Shown piece after piece: positions 21,341 to 34,040 of a stretch of DNA of 45,664 nt. The position numbers and the translations under genes are program-made. The notes below the pieces were generated by a model. That model did not search any database, was not told the DNA's origin, and was given only the letters and a program-made list of their open reading frames with translations. The DNA is taken from assembly GCF_001194135.2 (NCBI RefSeq), contig NC_069002.1, positions 23,140,743 through 23,186,406 on the forward strand, read 5' to 3'. Each line of letters starts with the position of its first letter. The stretch's first letter is position 1. The DNA is from Octopus bimaculoides. Lineage: Eukaryota.

Positions 21341-24300
21341 TCATTTTTATGTTTGACTTTTGCTTTACATTTGTACAAGTTGGCTCCAAATCTTACCCAG
21401 AGACCTCAAGAGACAATGAGTTAGAAGTTCATGTTGGTGATATGCCTAGGGTGCCATATATTTGGTTTGGTACATAGTATTGTTCTAGAGAATGTTTAAG
21501 AAACCATAAAAAATTATGTTTGTTTTAAAATTTGAGATTACATAGACAGTATTTTATATAGGATATGGGCAGTTCCCATGAGCACTATCTTTTGAATTTC
21601 AGCCCGTTTTGCTATCATTCCCAAGGCACCTATGACAACAGGTATTGTTTTAGTCTTCAGGTTCCACATTTTGCTAATATCTATTTCAAGATCTTTATTC
21701 TTGCTCAGTTTTTGGAGGGTCTTGACATATACATTTATATCGATTGGGACAGTCACATCAATGAGGAGGCATGATTTTTGTCAGGAGTCTTTCAATATCA
21801 TGTCTGGCCTATTTGCATCTATCTTTCTGTCAGTTTGAATGGTGAAGTTCCTCTGCAGCTCTATCATGCCTGTTGAGATACTCTGTAGGTGCAAGAAGAC
21901 TGCACATGGAGACAACATGATCAATGGTTTCATTTTGTTGTTGACATATACGACATATTGGGAAGCTGCTGTTCTTTAATATGCTGGCCTGGTAGTTCCT
22001 TGTAGGCAGGCATTGATCTTGGACTGCTATGGTAAACCCTTCTGTTTCAGATTTTAAGCCAGAAGCCATTAAGCATTGATAGGTAAAGGCTTTGCCAACA
22101 TCAGCATTATTCGCTCTCTTTAGGTATTTGTCATTGAGAGGTTTTTCTTGCCATTTATCAGTCAGAATATCTAAGGCAGCAGTTTTAGTACAGGTTTTCA
22201 TACGCTTAGCTTTTTCTGTGCTTGTTTCTAGTATGTCTTATTCTGGAATTTGTTGTCTTCGGAATTCATTTAGATATTCCTTTGCTTTTGTTACTGAGTA
22301 AGATGCTTTCTTGTTTTCATGTTTTGAGACAAGTTTTAACATCCAGTCCTCAGAGTTTTTCTGATAGGTGTTGAGGCCAATTGTGGCAATCTTCATTGTT
22401 AATTCCAGTTGTAAAAATCCACGGCCTCCCTCTTTTCTTGGCAGATAAAGTCATTCTATATCTGCCTTAGGGTGGTACATTCTGTGCATTGTCAACAGTT
22501 TTTGTATTTTTCTGTCAAGATTACATGTTTCAGTAATTGACCAGTTAATGATATTGAAACTGTAAGTCACGACTGGTATGGCTAAAGTATTGATTGCTTC
22601 GATCCTGTTTCTTGCATTCAGCTCTGTCTTGAGTATTGCTCTCACCCTGTGATAACATTCTCTTCTGATCCTTTCCCTCATCACTGAATGCCTGACTCCG
22701 TCCCCTTCAAGTACCCCCAGGTATTTGTAGCGCTTTGCTGGTTCTAACTCTTTTATGACATTCTGCTGGTCAAGGTTAACGTTAGAAGTTTCTGTCATTT
22801 TTGCCTTTGATAAAGGTATCTTTTGCACATTTATCGCGGTCAGATTGCATCCTGATGTCATCACTGAATTGTTTAACAATCGCTAGTAGCCCTTGACTTG
22901 TTGGTCATTTTTTGCAAAGAGCTTTAAATCATCCGTGTAAATGAGATGATTTATATTTTTATCAAACATTTTATTACCGTTTTGTGTATAACTGTATTGT
23001 GCATCATTGAGTAAATTTGAGAGAGGTATCAAGGCTAGACAAAAGAGGAGTGGTAATAATGAGTCACCCTGGAAAATGCCACATGAAATTTTTACCTCTC
23101 CAGCATTTCGATATTCATTGTCACTGTTCAAAGTCAGTGTGGTTGTCCATGATCTCATACAGACAAAAAGTTTTGCAGAGTAGGCGCTATTTTATACATT
23201 TCCAGACATTTCTTAATCCAACTATGTGGTAGACTATCAAAAGCTTTTTTTATAGTCTATCCAGCTTATTGACAAGCTTTTGTGTCGTTTGTAACAATCC
23301 TTTAAGATCATCTTATTAATGAGTAGCTGATCTTTACAACCATAGGATCCACATTTACATCCTTTTTGCTCACTAGGGAATATGCTGCTTTCTATTAAAA
23401 AACTATAGGTGTACGCGGTTACGACAGATGTTAGCGTCTTATACATTGTTGTTAAGCAGGTTATGGGTCTATAATTTTTTGGTTCGTTTGTTTCCTCATT
23501 TTTTGGAAGTAGGAATGTTAAAGCATTAATTAACCAAGAGGGCATCATACTAGGATGTTGCAAATCATTGTCGTAAAGTTTTCTTGGCTCTCTGGGAAGG
23601 CATTGAACCAGAAGTTAGGAATTTTATCCTTTCCTGGAGACTTCCATTTGCTTGACCTCCTGAGAGCAGATGTTTTACCTTGACCCCCTCCCACTTTTGC
23701 TCCTCTAAGGAGTCTAAGTCTATAGATATTCTATCAATCCAAGGGGCCTTTTCATTGTGTTTTTTCTTCTGCCCAAATTTTATTCCAAAATTCCTGCACT
23801 TCTTTTGATGGGACAGACTTTATTGTAACTGGTGTTTTCCCTATCTTCCTGTAAAAATTTTTTGGGTTATTTTTGAACATGTTGTCCTTGAAGAATTCAA
23901 TGTGCTTTTCATACCTTGCTATGTGAGCAGCTTTAGCACATACCGTTTGCTTGATGGTTTCTATGGTAGCAACAATGTCAAGTATGATTTTCATATCATA
24001 TTTTTTCTTTAATTTTCAGGTTTTTGTAGGTTTGGTGGTCTTGTCAAACATAAGATTTTTCAAATATTCTATGTCAGACCTAAGTGGCTTAATTTGGTGT
24101 TGAATATGCTCTTGCTAAGAAGGCTTTTTGTGGGAATGTTGTCGTTTTCTAATCTTTTCACCACATAGAATCGTTGAGATTTTTGCAGATGCATAGTACA
24201 GGTGGTTGAGATCTGTAATATCAACATCATTAGCTGAAATTACATCCTTAAGTGTAAAGCGAATTTTACCAATTATTTTCAGGCTTTGGTTAGAATTGTG

Positions 24301-25745
24301 AATTTTTGAGAGAGTATCACGTTCATTCATACTGGTTTCTTTAATTTTCAGCCATTCAATCATGATTTGATTTTTTAGATCATGTAGTTCTGTTGGGTCA
24401 ATTTCTGTGTGACTTCCTTCATCTATTTGATTTTCATCTGCCTTAGTGTTTATGGTTGGTTCAGAGAGTATTTCACTTTGCTTATTAGTTACATTAACTC
24501 TTTCAATTATTACTGTATTTTCATCAACCCTAATCTGGTCTATAATTATTTCCTCTGTAGTATCTTCTTTAGTTGCAGCTTCGTTCTTTTTATCCCTTAC
24601 TGCTTGTTTAATTTGGTCAATCTTTACTTCAATTAGTAATTTTTTTTTCATAATGTTTCTTCTGATGTTGGCAAGTTTGTTACTGTCTATGTAGAGTCTT
24701 TTTTCAAGGTGTTTCTGTCTTCAATATAAGCACGTTTGTACAGTATTAGATTTATTTGTGGGGAAATATATGGCATGGTAGAAGGCTGTAAGAACTTCTT
24801 TATTATCTTCCCTAGACTATTTTTCATTCTTTTTCTTTTGGTTGTTTGATGACGAACATGGATAGCCATCTGTTGGAATATTCTGGTTGTGGGGTACTTT
24901 CAGCTCCTGTGTGTTGGGAAGATTTGAACCAGTAGCTGATTTCTTGCCTCGAATCTTGTTCAATGAGTACGTGGTCCTTTGTAATCTGGTCGATGACCAT
25001 TCCAGTTTGTATTTTGCTTTGTTAACATCAAGGCATGACGAGCTTCGACGTTGAATTAGGGGACGGATCTGTCTGTTTAGGGTTAATTTTTTGGGACAAC
25101 ACCATCTCTGAGTTCTCTGCATGTAAACCTTGCACATAATGTAGCTTCTTAAGACTAACAGATCTGTATTCGTTTGTACTTTTTTTGTTGATAGATTTAT
25201 CTCTGAGCATAGTTTTTTTTGTGGTGTTTTAAAACTTATGAATGGCTCACTCTGTCTGTGTTAGTTTGAAAAATGAAAATAAAAAAAATAAATAAATATT
25301 TAAAAAAAGAGAAATAAATTTTGATTTTTTTTGTTTTTGTTTCATTTGTGACACATGTTTTTATATGCGTGAATGTGTCCTGTAAATTTCACGTAATTGT
25401 GTAAACATTGAAATGTATGTGTAGTCCTATGGGTATCAAAATATATATATGATTGTGTAGACATTCGAGTGTATGTGTAGTTACTAAATTTATGTACCTA
25501 CAGATTTGTTTCATTTCTATTTTATAATTTGTAAACTTTCCTGTGTGTTTCGCATATATTTCACTGAGACATCATGCATAGGAGAAACTGTGCTTTGACA
25601 TTTTTTATTATTATTTTTGTTAAAAGACCGCTTCCATCAAGTCTTCCACAGGTTCCTTTAATTCTATCAATGTTATCAGATTAGATTTGTTTTTGAATGG
25701 GGAGCCCGGTGTAGCACATCCATGTTGTTATTCAGTGCGGGGCTC
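21341..25745 (-). mobile_element. R4/Dong-clade non-LTR retrotransposon (RT plus restriction-like endonuclease), near full length, pseudogenised
   Basis: The fragmented ORF at ~25210-21538 contains NYRPITCL, EQKGCK.GSYGCKDQLLINK, WIDYKKSF, GIFQGDSLLPLLFCLAL, HLIYTDDLKLFA, YKYLG, the CCHC knuckle CRICQQQNETIDHVVSMC, the RLE motif ANRPDMI...IDVTVP, and the terminus IQKIVLMGTAHIL. The 5' boundary is tentative. Confidence 0.93.
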
Positions 25746-26225
25746 TTATTATTATTATTATTGAGTGAGAGAGCAGTGCATGCCATCAAAGTGACACCGG
25801 GGTAAAATATATGAAGCCCATTATACCCCTCATGACTACCTGTCTGATAAAGGTACACCAGGCACATGCATCACAACCATATGTGCGCGACATGGTGATC
25901 TCATACCAAGATAAACAGCACATGACCTCACAGGTGGGGCCCAGTTAGAATTTTTTTCAGGTCGAGTAGCCCATCCCGCTTAAAAGGTCCCTGAATAAGG
26001 TTTGTTTAAGGATGTTGAGCAAAACACCCATGTTTCTAAAGGTGAATTATTCAAACCCCAAAGAATTCCTCTCAACACATGGCCATGATGCTCCCCTACT
26101 ACTTCTGCTCGTGATCAGAGATGCATGTATCGTCAGCCACCAAGGGGCATGCTCAACTGGTTAGGTCAAACAACTGAGAAGTAAATCTGTGGTATTAAGC
26201 AGAATATTTGCTGTAGCCCATCTTT
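25746..26225 (-). mobile_element. unclassified interspersed repeat (SINE-like) with (AAT)n tail
   Basis: GC-richer ~470-bp block ending (minus) ...GCATGCACTGCTCTCTCACTC(AAT)n. Recalled as a common octopus repeat; family not assigned. Confidence 0.55.
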
Positions 26226-27218
26226 CATGGAAACTGAATCCTCAGTTTTTTTTTCCTGTACATCTATAGACACATACAAGGAACCTTATATGTGCGTGCT
26301 TGTGAGTGTGTGCGTGTGTGCAGGTGCGTACGTATATAGATATATGTGTGCGTATATAGATATATGCATGCGTATATTGATATATGCTTGCATGCGGTAA
26401 TATGCACAGTTTTAGACGCGTTTTGACCTTGTCACTACACAGTAATTTCCCTTTGTTTAACGGTCATTTTTAACAGGAATTTTCAATGGCCGGATAACTG
26501 AAGAGATGTTGGCGTGGGCTCCCACCCTGGCATCCGAAATTCGGTAGCCATTATCATGGCTACCGAATAAGTGACACATATTTTTACAGATAAATTCCTC
26601 TATTTGCATAATATCGAGGTCTCTTTCTTTTGTTGTCCTTCCTATCAATATATATGTATGTATATATATGTATATATATNNNNNNNNNNNNNNNNNNNNN
26701 NNNNNNNNNNNNNNNNNNNNNNNNNNNNNNNNNNNNNNNNNNNNNNNNNNNNNNNNNNNNNNNNNNNNNNNNNNNNNNNNNNNNNNNNNNNNNNNNNNNN
26801 NNNNNNNNNNNNNNNNNNNNNNNNNNNNNNNNNNNNNNNNNNNNNNNNNNNNNNNNNNNNNNNNNNNNNNNNNNNNNNNNNNNNNNNNNNNNNNNNNNNN
26901 NNNNNNNNNNNNNNNNNNNNNNNNNNNNNNNNNNNNNNNNNNNNNNNNNNNNNNNNNNNNNNNNNNNNNNNNNNNNNNNNNNNNNNNNNNNNNNNNNNNN
27001 NNNNNNNNNNNNNNNNNNNNNNNNNNNNNNNNNNNNNNNNNNNNNNNNNNNNNNNNNNNNNNNNNNNNNNNNNNNNNNNNNNNNNNNNNNNNNNNNNNNN
27101 NNNNNNNNNNNNNNNNNNNNNNNNNNNNNNNNNNNNNNNNNNNNNNNNNNNNNNNNNNNNNNNNNNNNNNNNNNNNNNNNNNNNNNNNNNNNNNNNNNNN
27201 NNNNNNNNNNNNNNNNNN

Positions 27219-27249
<31 letters not shown>

Positions 27250-27297
27250 TATATATACATATATATACATACATATATATACATATATACATGTATG

Positions 27298-27460
27298 TAC
27301 CCCCACCATTACTTGACAACCAATGTTGGTGTCTTTACGGCTTGGCAAAAAGAGACTGATATAAGTACTGGCTTACAAAGAATAAGTACTGGGGTCGATT
27401 TGTTCAACTAAAGGTGGTGCTTCAGCATGGCCACAGTCAAATGACTGAAACAAGTAAAGG
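27298..27460 (+). mobile_element. SINE family A 3' half
   Basis: CTTGACAACCAATGTTGGTG ... GGTGCTTCAGCATGGCCACAGTCAAATGACTGAAACAAGTAAA. Confidence 0.85.
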
Positions 27461-27466
27461 AATTAA

Positions 27467-27725
27467 GGTGGCAAGCTGGCAGAATCGCTAGCATGCTGTA
27501 CAAAAATTGCTTAGTGGCATTTTGTCTGTCTTAACATTCTGAGTTCAAATCCTGCCAAGGTTGACTGCGCATTTCATTCTTTTGGTTTTGATGAAACAAG
27601 TAGCAGTCAAGCACTGGGGTCACTGTGATCAACTTACCCCCACCTCGCAAATTCTAGGCCTTGCGCCTTTAGTAGAAATGATTATTATTTTTATTATTAT
27701 TATTATTATTATCATTATTATTATT
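27467..27725 (+). mobile_element. SINE family B copy with (ATT)n tail
   Basis: GGTGGCAAGCTGGCAGAATCGCTAGC head, GAGTTCAAATCC B box, AAGCACTGGGGTC, (ATT)n tail. Confidence 0.85.
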
Positions 27726-27994
27726 CCTACCACTAGCAGCAGCAGCATCTGAGTATTAAATCCATGAATATCCTTCTCCTTTTCTTAATCCACCCTTATA
27801 TGTCTTTCTTGTCAACTGCATGACCAGCCATCAAAACCATACGGCTGGCTCTGAGTATCTCTCTCACTCTCTAAGCAAATCAGCACACATCTTTCACACA
27901 GTCTTCCCCCAAGATATATTGTATGTATGTATCTAAGTACGCACACATACATTCATTCATTCATTCATGCATGCATGTTTATATATGTATAAAG

Positions 27995-28040
<46 letters not shown>

Positions 28041-28599
28041 NNNNNNNNNNNNNNNNNNNNNNNNNNNNNNNNNNNNNNNNNNNNNNNNNNNNNNNNNNNN
28101 NNNNNNNNNNNNNNNNNNNNNNNNNNNNNNNNNNNNNNNNNNNNNNNNNNNNNNNNNNNNNNNNNNNNNNNNNNNNNNNNNNNNNNNNNNNNNNNNNNNN
28201 NNNNNNNNNNNNNNNNNNNNNNNNNNNNNNNNNNNNNNNNNNNNNNNNNNNNNNNNNNNNNNNNNNNNNNNNNNNNNNNNNNNNNNNNNNNNNNNNNNNN
28301 NNNNNNNNNNNNNNNNNNNNNNNNNNNNNNNNNNNNNNNNNNNNNNNNNNNNNNNNNNNNNNNNNNNNNNNNNNNNNNNNNNNNNNNNNNNNNNNNNNNN
28401 NNNNNNNNNNNNNNNNNNNNNNNNNNNNNNNNNNNNNNNNNNNNNNNNNNNNNNNNNNNNNNNNNNNNNNNNNNNNNNNNNNNNNNNNNNNNNNNNNNNN
28501 NNNNNNNNNNNNNNNNNNNNNNNNNNNNNNNNNNNNNNNNNNNNNNNNNNNNNNNNNNNNNNNNNNNNNNNNNNNNNNNNNNNNNNNNNNNNNNNNNNN

Positions 28600-28818
28600 T
28601 CGAGCGTGGCCATTTTCGTGCGGGTGACACGTAAAAGCACCCACTACACTCTCTGAGTGGTTGGCGTTAGGAAGGGCATCCAGCTGTAGAAACTCTGCCA
28701 AATTAGACTGGAGCCTGGTGTTGCCATCCAGTTTCACCAGTCCTCAGTCAAATCGTCCAACCCATGCTAGCATGGAAAGCGGACGTTAAACGATGATGAT
28801 GATGATGATGATGATGAT
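28600..28818 (+). mobile_element. RTE 3' tail (short variant, young)
   Basis: Nearly identical to 13060-13279. Confidence 0.9.
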
Positions 28819-28847
28819 ATATATATATATATATGTATGTATGTATG

Positions 28848-28891
<44 letters not shown>

Positions 28892-29312
28892 AACTTTTAT
28901 CTATCTACATATATATTTACCTGCATTATATATCATCATTTAACATCCATTTTACCATGCTAACCTACATTGGATGAAGACATATTATTCTGGCATTATT
29001 TTCCACCTGGTTGCCCTCCCTGTCACAAACACTTAACTATTTTCCATGTACAGGATTCATTTTCCTCTGCTTTCTCAAAATGCTGAGTTGGCAACTTGTT
29101 AACAGAGAATTCTCAGCATGACATTATTGCTGTTTTGTTTGTGCATCTTCATATAAAGATATCACAGAACCTATACCTTTACACTCACGCACACATGCAC
29201 ACACACGCACACACTCACACAGAAACACACACACACACACACATACACATTTCCATGTATGTATATATATGTGTATCTATATTTATATATATATATATGT
29301 GTGTGTGTGTAT

Positions 29313-31080
29313 ATCATCATCATCATCATCATCGTTTAACGTCCGCTTTCCATGCTAGCATGGGTTGGACGATTTGACTGAGGACTGATGGACCAGGAGG
29401 CTAGACCAGGCTCCCATCTGATTTGGCAGAGTTTCTACAGCTGGATGCCCTTCCTAACACCAACTACTCCGAGAGTGTAGTGGGTGCTTTTACGTGTCAC
29501 CGACACGAAGGCCAGTCAGGTGGTACTGGCAACAGCCATGCTCAAAATGGTGTATTTTACGTGCCACCTGCACAAGAGCCAGTCCAGCGGCACTGGCAAC
29601 GATCTCGCTCGAAAGTCCTTACACATGCTACGGGCACAAGTACCAGAAAGGCGACGCTGGGCACAGGTGCCATTACGATTTCGCTTTTGCTTGCTCCAAC
29701 AANNNNNNNNNNNNNNNNNNNNNNNNNNNNNNNNNNNNNNNNNNNNNNNNNNNNNNNNNNNNNNNNNNNNNNNNNNNNNNNNNNNNNNNNNNNNNNNNNN
29801 NNNNNNNNNNNNNNNNNNNNNNNNNNNNNNNNNNNNNNNNNNNNNNNNNNNNNNNNNNNNNNNNNNNNNNNNNNNNNNNNNNNNNNNNNNNNNNNNNNNN
29901 NNNNNNNNNNNNNNNNNNNNNNNNNNNNNNNNNNNNNNNNNNNNNNNNNNNNNNNNNNNNNNNNNNNNNNNNNNNNNNNNNNNNNNNNNNNNNNNNNNNN
30001 NNNNNNNNNNNNNNNNNNNNNNNNNNNNNNNNNNNNNNNNNNNNNNNNNNNNNNNNNNNNNNNNNNNNNNNNTCCACAGGTTCCCACAACTGCTAGGGTG
30101 TGGCACTTTTTCACACAGCTATCCTCATCCATTCTCGCCACGTGACCATACCAGCACAATCGTCTCTCTTGCGCACCACAACTGATGCTTCTTAGGTTCA
30201 ACTTTTCTCTCAAGGTACTTACACTCTGTCGAGTATGCACACTGACATTACACATCCATTGGAGCATACTGGCTTCATTCCTTCCGAGCCTACGCATGTC
30301 TTCAGCAGTCACGGCCCATGTTTCACTATCATGAAGCATGGCTGTTCGTACACATGCGTCATACAGTCTGCCTTTTACTCTGAGAGAGAGACCCTTTGTC
30401 ACCAGCAGAGGTAAGAGCTCTTTGAACTTTGCCCAGGCTATTCTTATTCTAGCAGCTACACTTTCAGTGCACCCTCCCCCACTACTAACTTGGTCACCTA
30501 GATAGCGGATGCTATCAACCACTTCTAGTCTTTCTCCCTGGAATGTGGCAGAAATTGTTTTCTGCACATTTACAGTGTTTATAGCTCCTGAACATCTGCT
30601 ACATACAAAAACTAACTTCCTAGTTAACCTTCCTTTGATATTGCTGCACCTCTTAATGTGTCCATAGCTTGCACTGGGTGCATCTTATAGAGTTTCTACC
30701 TACGCCTTTTCTACAGATCGAGCAGGGCCATCTACCTGAAGGTGTTTGTGATTTTTCTACCTTCCTACTTATTAGGACTTTGGTTTTAGCTAGGTTGATT
30801 CTAAGGCCCTTCGATTCTAGTCATTGCTTCCACACCTGAAACCTCTCTAGTTCTGATAGTGACTCAGAAATTAGTGCAAGGTCATCAGCATAGAGGAGCT
30901 CCCAGGGGTATCCTGTTTTGAATTCCTCTGTTATCGCCTGGAGGACTATGATNNNNNNNNNNTTGAATTCCTCTGTTATCGCCTGGAGGACTATGATAAA
31001 TAGGAGGGGGCTGAGGACAGAACCTTGGTGGACCCCTACCTCTACCCGGAATTCTTCATTGTACTCATTGCCGGTCTTTG
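29313..31080 (-). mobile_element. RTE-clade LINE, 5'-truncated (RT core to 3' tail)
   Basis: GVHQGSVLSPLLFIIVL, ELLYADDLAL, GLRINLAKTK, VDSIRYLG, RIRIAWAKFKELLPLL, KGRLYDACVRTAMLHDSETW, ERRLCWYGHVARM, then 3' UTR and (GAT)n tail. Confidence 0.95.
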
Positions 31081-31084
31081 ACTT

Positions 31085-31335
31085 TAGAGTTTGCTGAGGA
31101 CATGCAAAGGCTTAAAGAACATGAAGCCAGTATGCTCCCCTGGATAGGTAATGGCAGTATGCTTATACAACAGAGTGTAAGTGATTTGAAAGGAAAACTG
31201 GGTATACGAAGAATCAGATGTAGTTTGCAACAGGGAAGATTGCACTGGTATGGTCATGTAAGGCATATGAATGAAGATAGTTGTGGTAAGAAGTGCTGAT
31301 CTCTAATTATGGAGGGAATATGTGGAAAGGGGAGA
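31085..31335 (+). mobile_element. older RTE fragment in opposite orientation
   Basis: EDMQRLKEHEASMLPW...RLHWYGHVRHMNEDSCGKKC, a diverged paralogue of 30072-30330. Confidence 0.85.
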
Positions 31336-31344
31336 TGCTAGAGA

Positions 31345-31402
<58 letters not shown>

Positions 31403-31574
31403 TAGTATTGTTAAAACAGCTTTATTTGACCTTGTGTAACTTAAAGTTTTGTAAGTTCATCACAGGCCTATGCCTATCAATTTAAGTTGCATGGGGGCTA
31501 AATCAAGCAGTTTTAAATAATGACTCCTACTGAATGTGCTGAGGGCCTCTTTCTTTCATTTGTCCCCTTGCTTG

Positions 31575-31606
<32 letters not shown>

Positions 31607-31649
31607 ACACTGTCATACAAGCAGCATCAGTTATTTCCAGTATTTCACA

Positions 31650-31805
31650 AAAACATGTCTGGCCATGGAGAAATACTACCCAACTGGAAACAGGTAAAGA
31701 GCTGATGACAGGGTGGGTATCTGACTGTAGAAAATCTACCTCAATAAATTTTATCCAACCCATGCAAGCATAGAAAAGTGGATGTTAAAACAATGATGAT
31801 AATAG
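31650..31805 (+). mobile_element. RTE 3' tail, diverged
   Basis: CAACCCATGCAAGCATAGAAAAGTGGATGTTAAAACAATGATGAT. Confidence 0.7.
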
Positions 31806-32189
31806 TGATGGTGCTGATTTGTTTTATAATTCAAATTTAATATTTCTTTCAATTTCCATCCAGCCATTCATTGGAATAATGTAGTTTTAGGCATTTGTAT
31901 ACATTCTTGAGCTTTTCATTGCAGGAGACTCTTCCTAATATAACTTACTTTAATATGATTTTTTTTTTCTTTATAAGTGTTTTGAAACAAGTACAATGAT
32001 ACGCCATGCTTACTCATGGACCGTATGCAATGTGCGCAGAGTATGAAAATATTAGGTTGCAGACTAATCATTTTTCTTTTAAACAAAGAAATAAAATAAA
32101 AGGAAAGAAAAAACAAGTCCCCTTTCTACGAACTGGTGAGAAGGGATCTTCAGACACTGGGCTTCACAAAGGGGATGACACTGGAATGA

Positions 32190-32565
32190 GACTTATGGTA
32201 GTTTGCTGTGCTTGAGAAGACACCTCAAGCTAATTAAAATCATACCTGTTCATGCATACAGGCATGTCCTATTCATCCCTCTCTCTCAGCTGAGAGATCC
32301 TCAGCACCTGTGCCAGTGGCACATGAAGGCACCTGTGCCATTGCCATGCAGAAGTGGTCATGTCAGTGCCATCTAAAAGTGTCCGTGCCATGTTTATAGC
32401 AACCAGTACTCTCTGTAAAGTGGTTGGCATTAGGAACGACATCCAACTATAGAAACCATGTCAAAATGGAGAATTGGATCCCAGGCAACTCTCCAATTGG
32501 CCACCTCCTGTCAAACCGTCCAACTCATACCAGCATGGAAAATGAACATCAAATGATGAGGATGA
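32190..32565 (+). mobile_element. RTE 3' UTR/tail, diverged
   Basis: GCACCTGTGCCAGTGGCAC subrepeats, AAAGTGGTTGGCATTAGGAA, CAGCATGGAAAATGAACATCAAATGATGA. Confidence 0.7.
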
Positions 32566-32971
32566 TATTGTATATATACATAAGTATATATCTATGCATA
32601 TATATAAACATAAGAAGCACTAAGTCCACTCTGTTGAGTGGTTGGTGTTAGGAAGGGTATCCAGCTGTAAAAATCCTNNNNNNNNNNNNNNNNNNNNNNN
32701 NNNNNNNNNNNNNNNNNNNNNNNNNNNNNNNNNNNNNNNNNNNNNNNNNNNNNNNNNNNNNNNNNNNNNNNNNNNNNNNNNNNNNNNNNNNNNNNNNNNN
32801 NNNNNNNNNNNNNNNNNNNNNNNNNNNNNNNNNNNNNNNNNNNNNNNNNNNNNNNNNNNNNNNNNNNNNNNNNNNNNNNNNNNNNNNNNNNNNNNNNNNG
32901 TTAGAAATATATTTTATGGATAAAATATATTTCTAACTTTACCATTGTTCTCTTTATCCTTTTATATATTT

Positions 32972-33010
<39 letters not shown>

Positions 33011-33019
33011 TATATATAA

Positions 33020-33205
33020 ACATAAGAAGCACTAAGTCCACTCTGTTGAGTGGTTGGTGTTAGGAAGGGTATCCAGCTGTAAAAATCCTGCCAAAACAGT
33101 CACAGAAGTCTGGTGCAGGCTTCAGCCTGGCTGGCTTTCGTGGCACTGTCCCACCCATGCTATCATGGAACACGGGCGTTAAATGATGATGATGATGATG
33201 GTGAT
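33020..33205 (+). mobile_element. RTE 3' tail
   Basis: GAGTGGTTGGTGTTAGGAAGGGTATCCAGCTGT ... GGCGTTAAAT(GAT)n. Its first part is duplicated at 32597-32677 across a gap. Confidence 0.85.
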
Positions 33206-33529
33206 GATATATATATATATACACACAGATATATATATGTATAATATGTGTATATATATATATGCATAAAACATATATACATGAAATATATATATTTGTG
33301 TATATTTATATATAACACATACAAACACTTATACATATTATATGTGTGTATGTATCTGTGCATGGATGTATATATTAATAAGACTTTTGAATCAAAGATC
33401 AAACAGAAAGAAATCCGGAGAGGACTCAATACGAGCTAAAGATAAGAGAAAAGTTTGGAATTAGCAGAAATGAAGATTCCTCACTGGAATGTTAGATCGG
33501 TAAAATAGAACAGTGCTTGCATATATACA

Positions 33530-33617
<88 letters not shown>

Positions 33618-34009
33618 CATACACCCACACATATAAATATNNNNNNNNNNNNNNNNNNNNNNNNNNNNNNNNNNNNNNNNNNNNNNNNNNNNNNNNNNNN
33701 NNNNNNNNNNNNNNNNNNNNNNNNNNNNNNNNNNNNNNNNNNNNNNNNNNNNNNNNNNNNNNNNNNNNNNNNNNNNNNNNNNNNNNNNNNNNNNNNNNNN
33801 NNNNNNNNNNNNNNNNNNNNNNNNNNNNNNNNNNNNNNNNNNNNNNNNNNNNNNNNNNNNNNNNNNNNNNNNNNNNNNNNNNNNNNNNNNNNNNNNNNNN
33901 NNNNNNNNNNNNNNNNNNNNNNNNNNNNNNNNNNNNNNNNNNNNNNNNNNNNNNNNNNNNNNNNNNNNNNNNNNNNNNNNNNNNNNNNNNNNNNNNNNNN
34001 NNNNNNNNN

Positions 34010-34040
<31 letters not shown>

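Noticed and set aside
25690-25750. GAGCCC/GGGCTC stem at the putative Dong 5' end as an HDV-like ribozyme
   Set aside because: P3/L3, the P1.1 GG and J4/2 elements could not be placed; only a 6-bp helix is supported.
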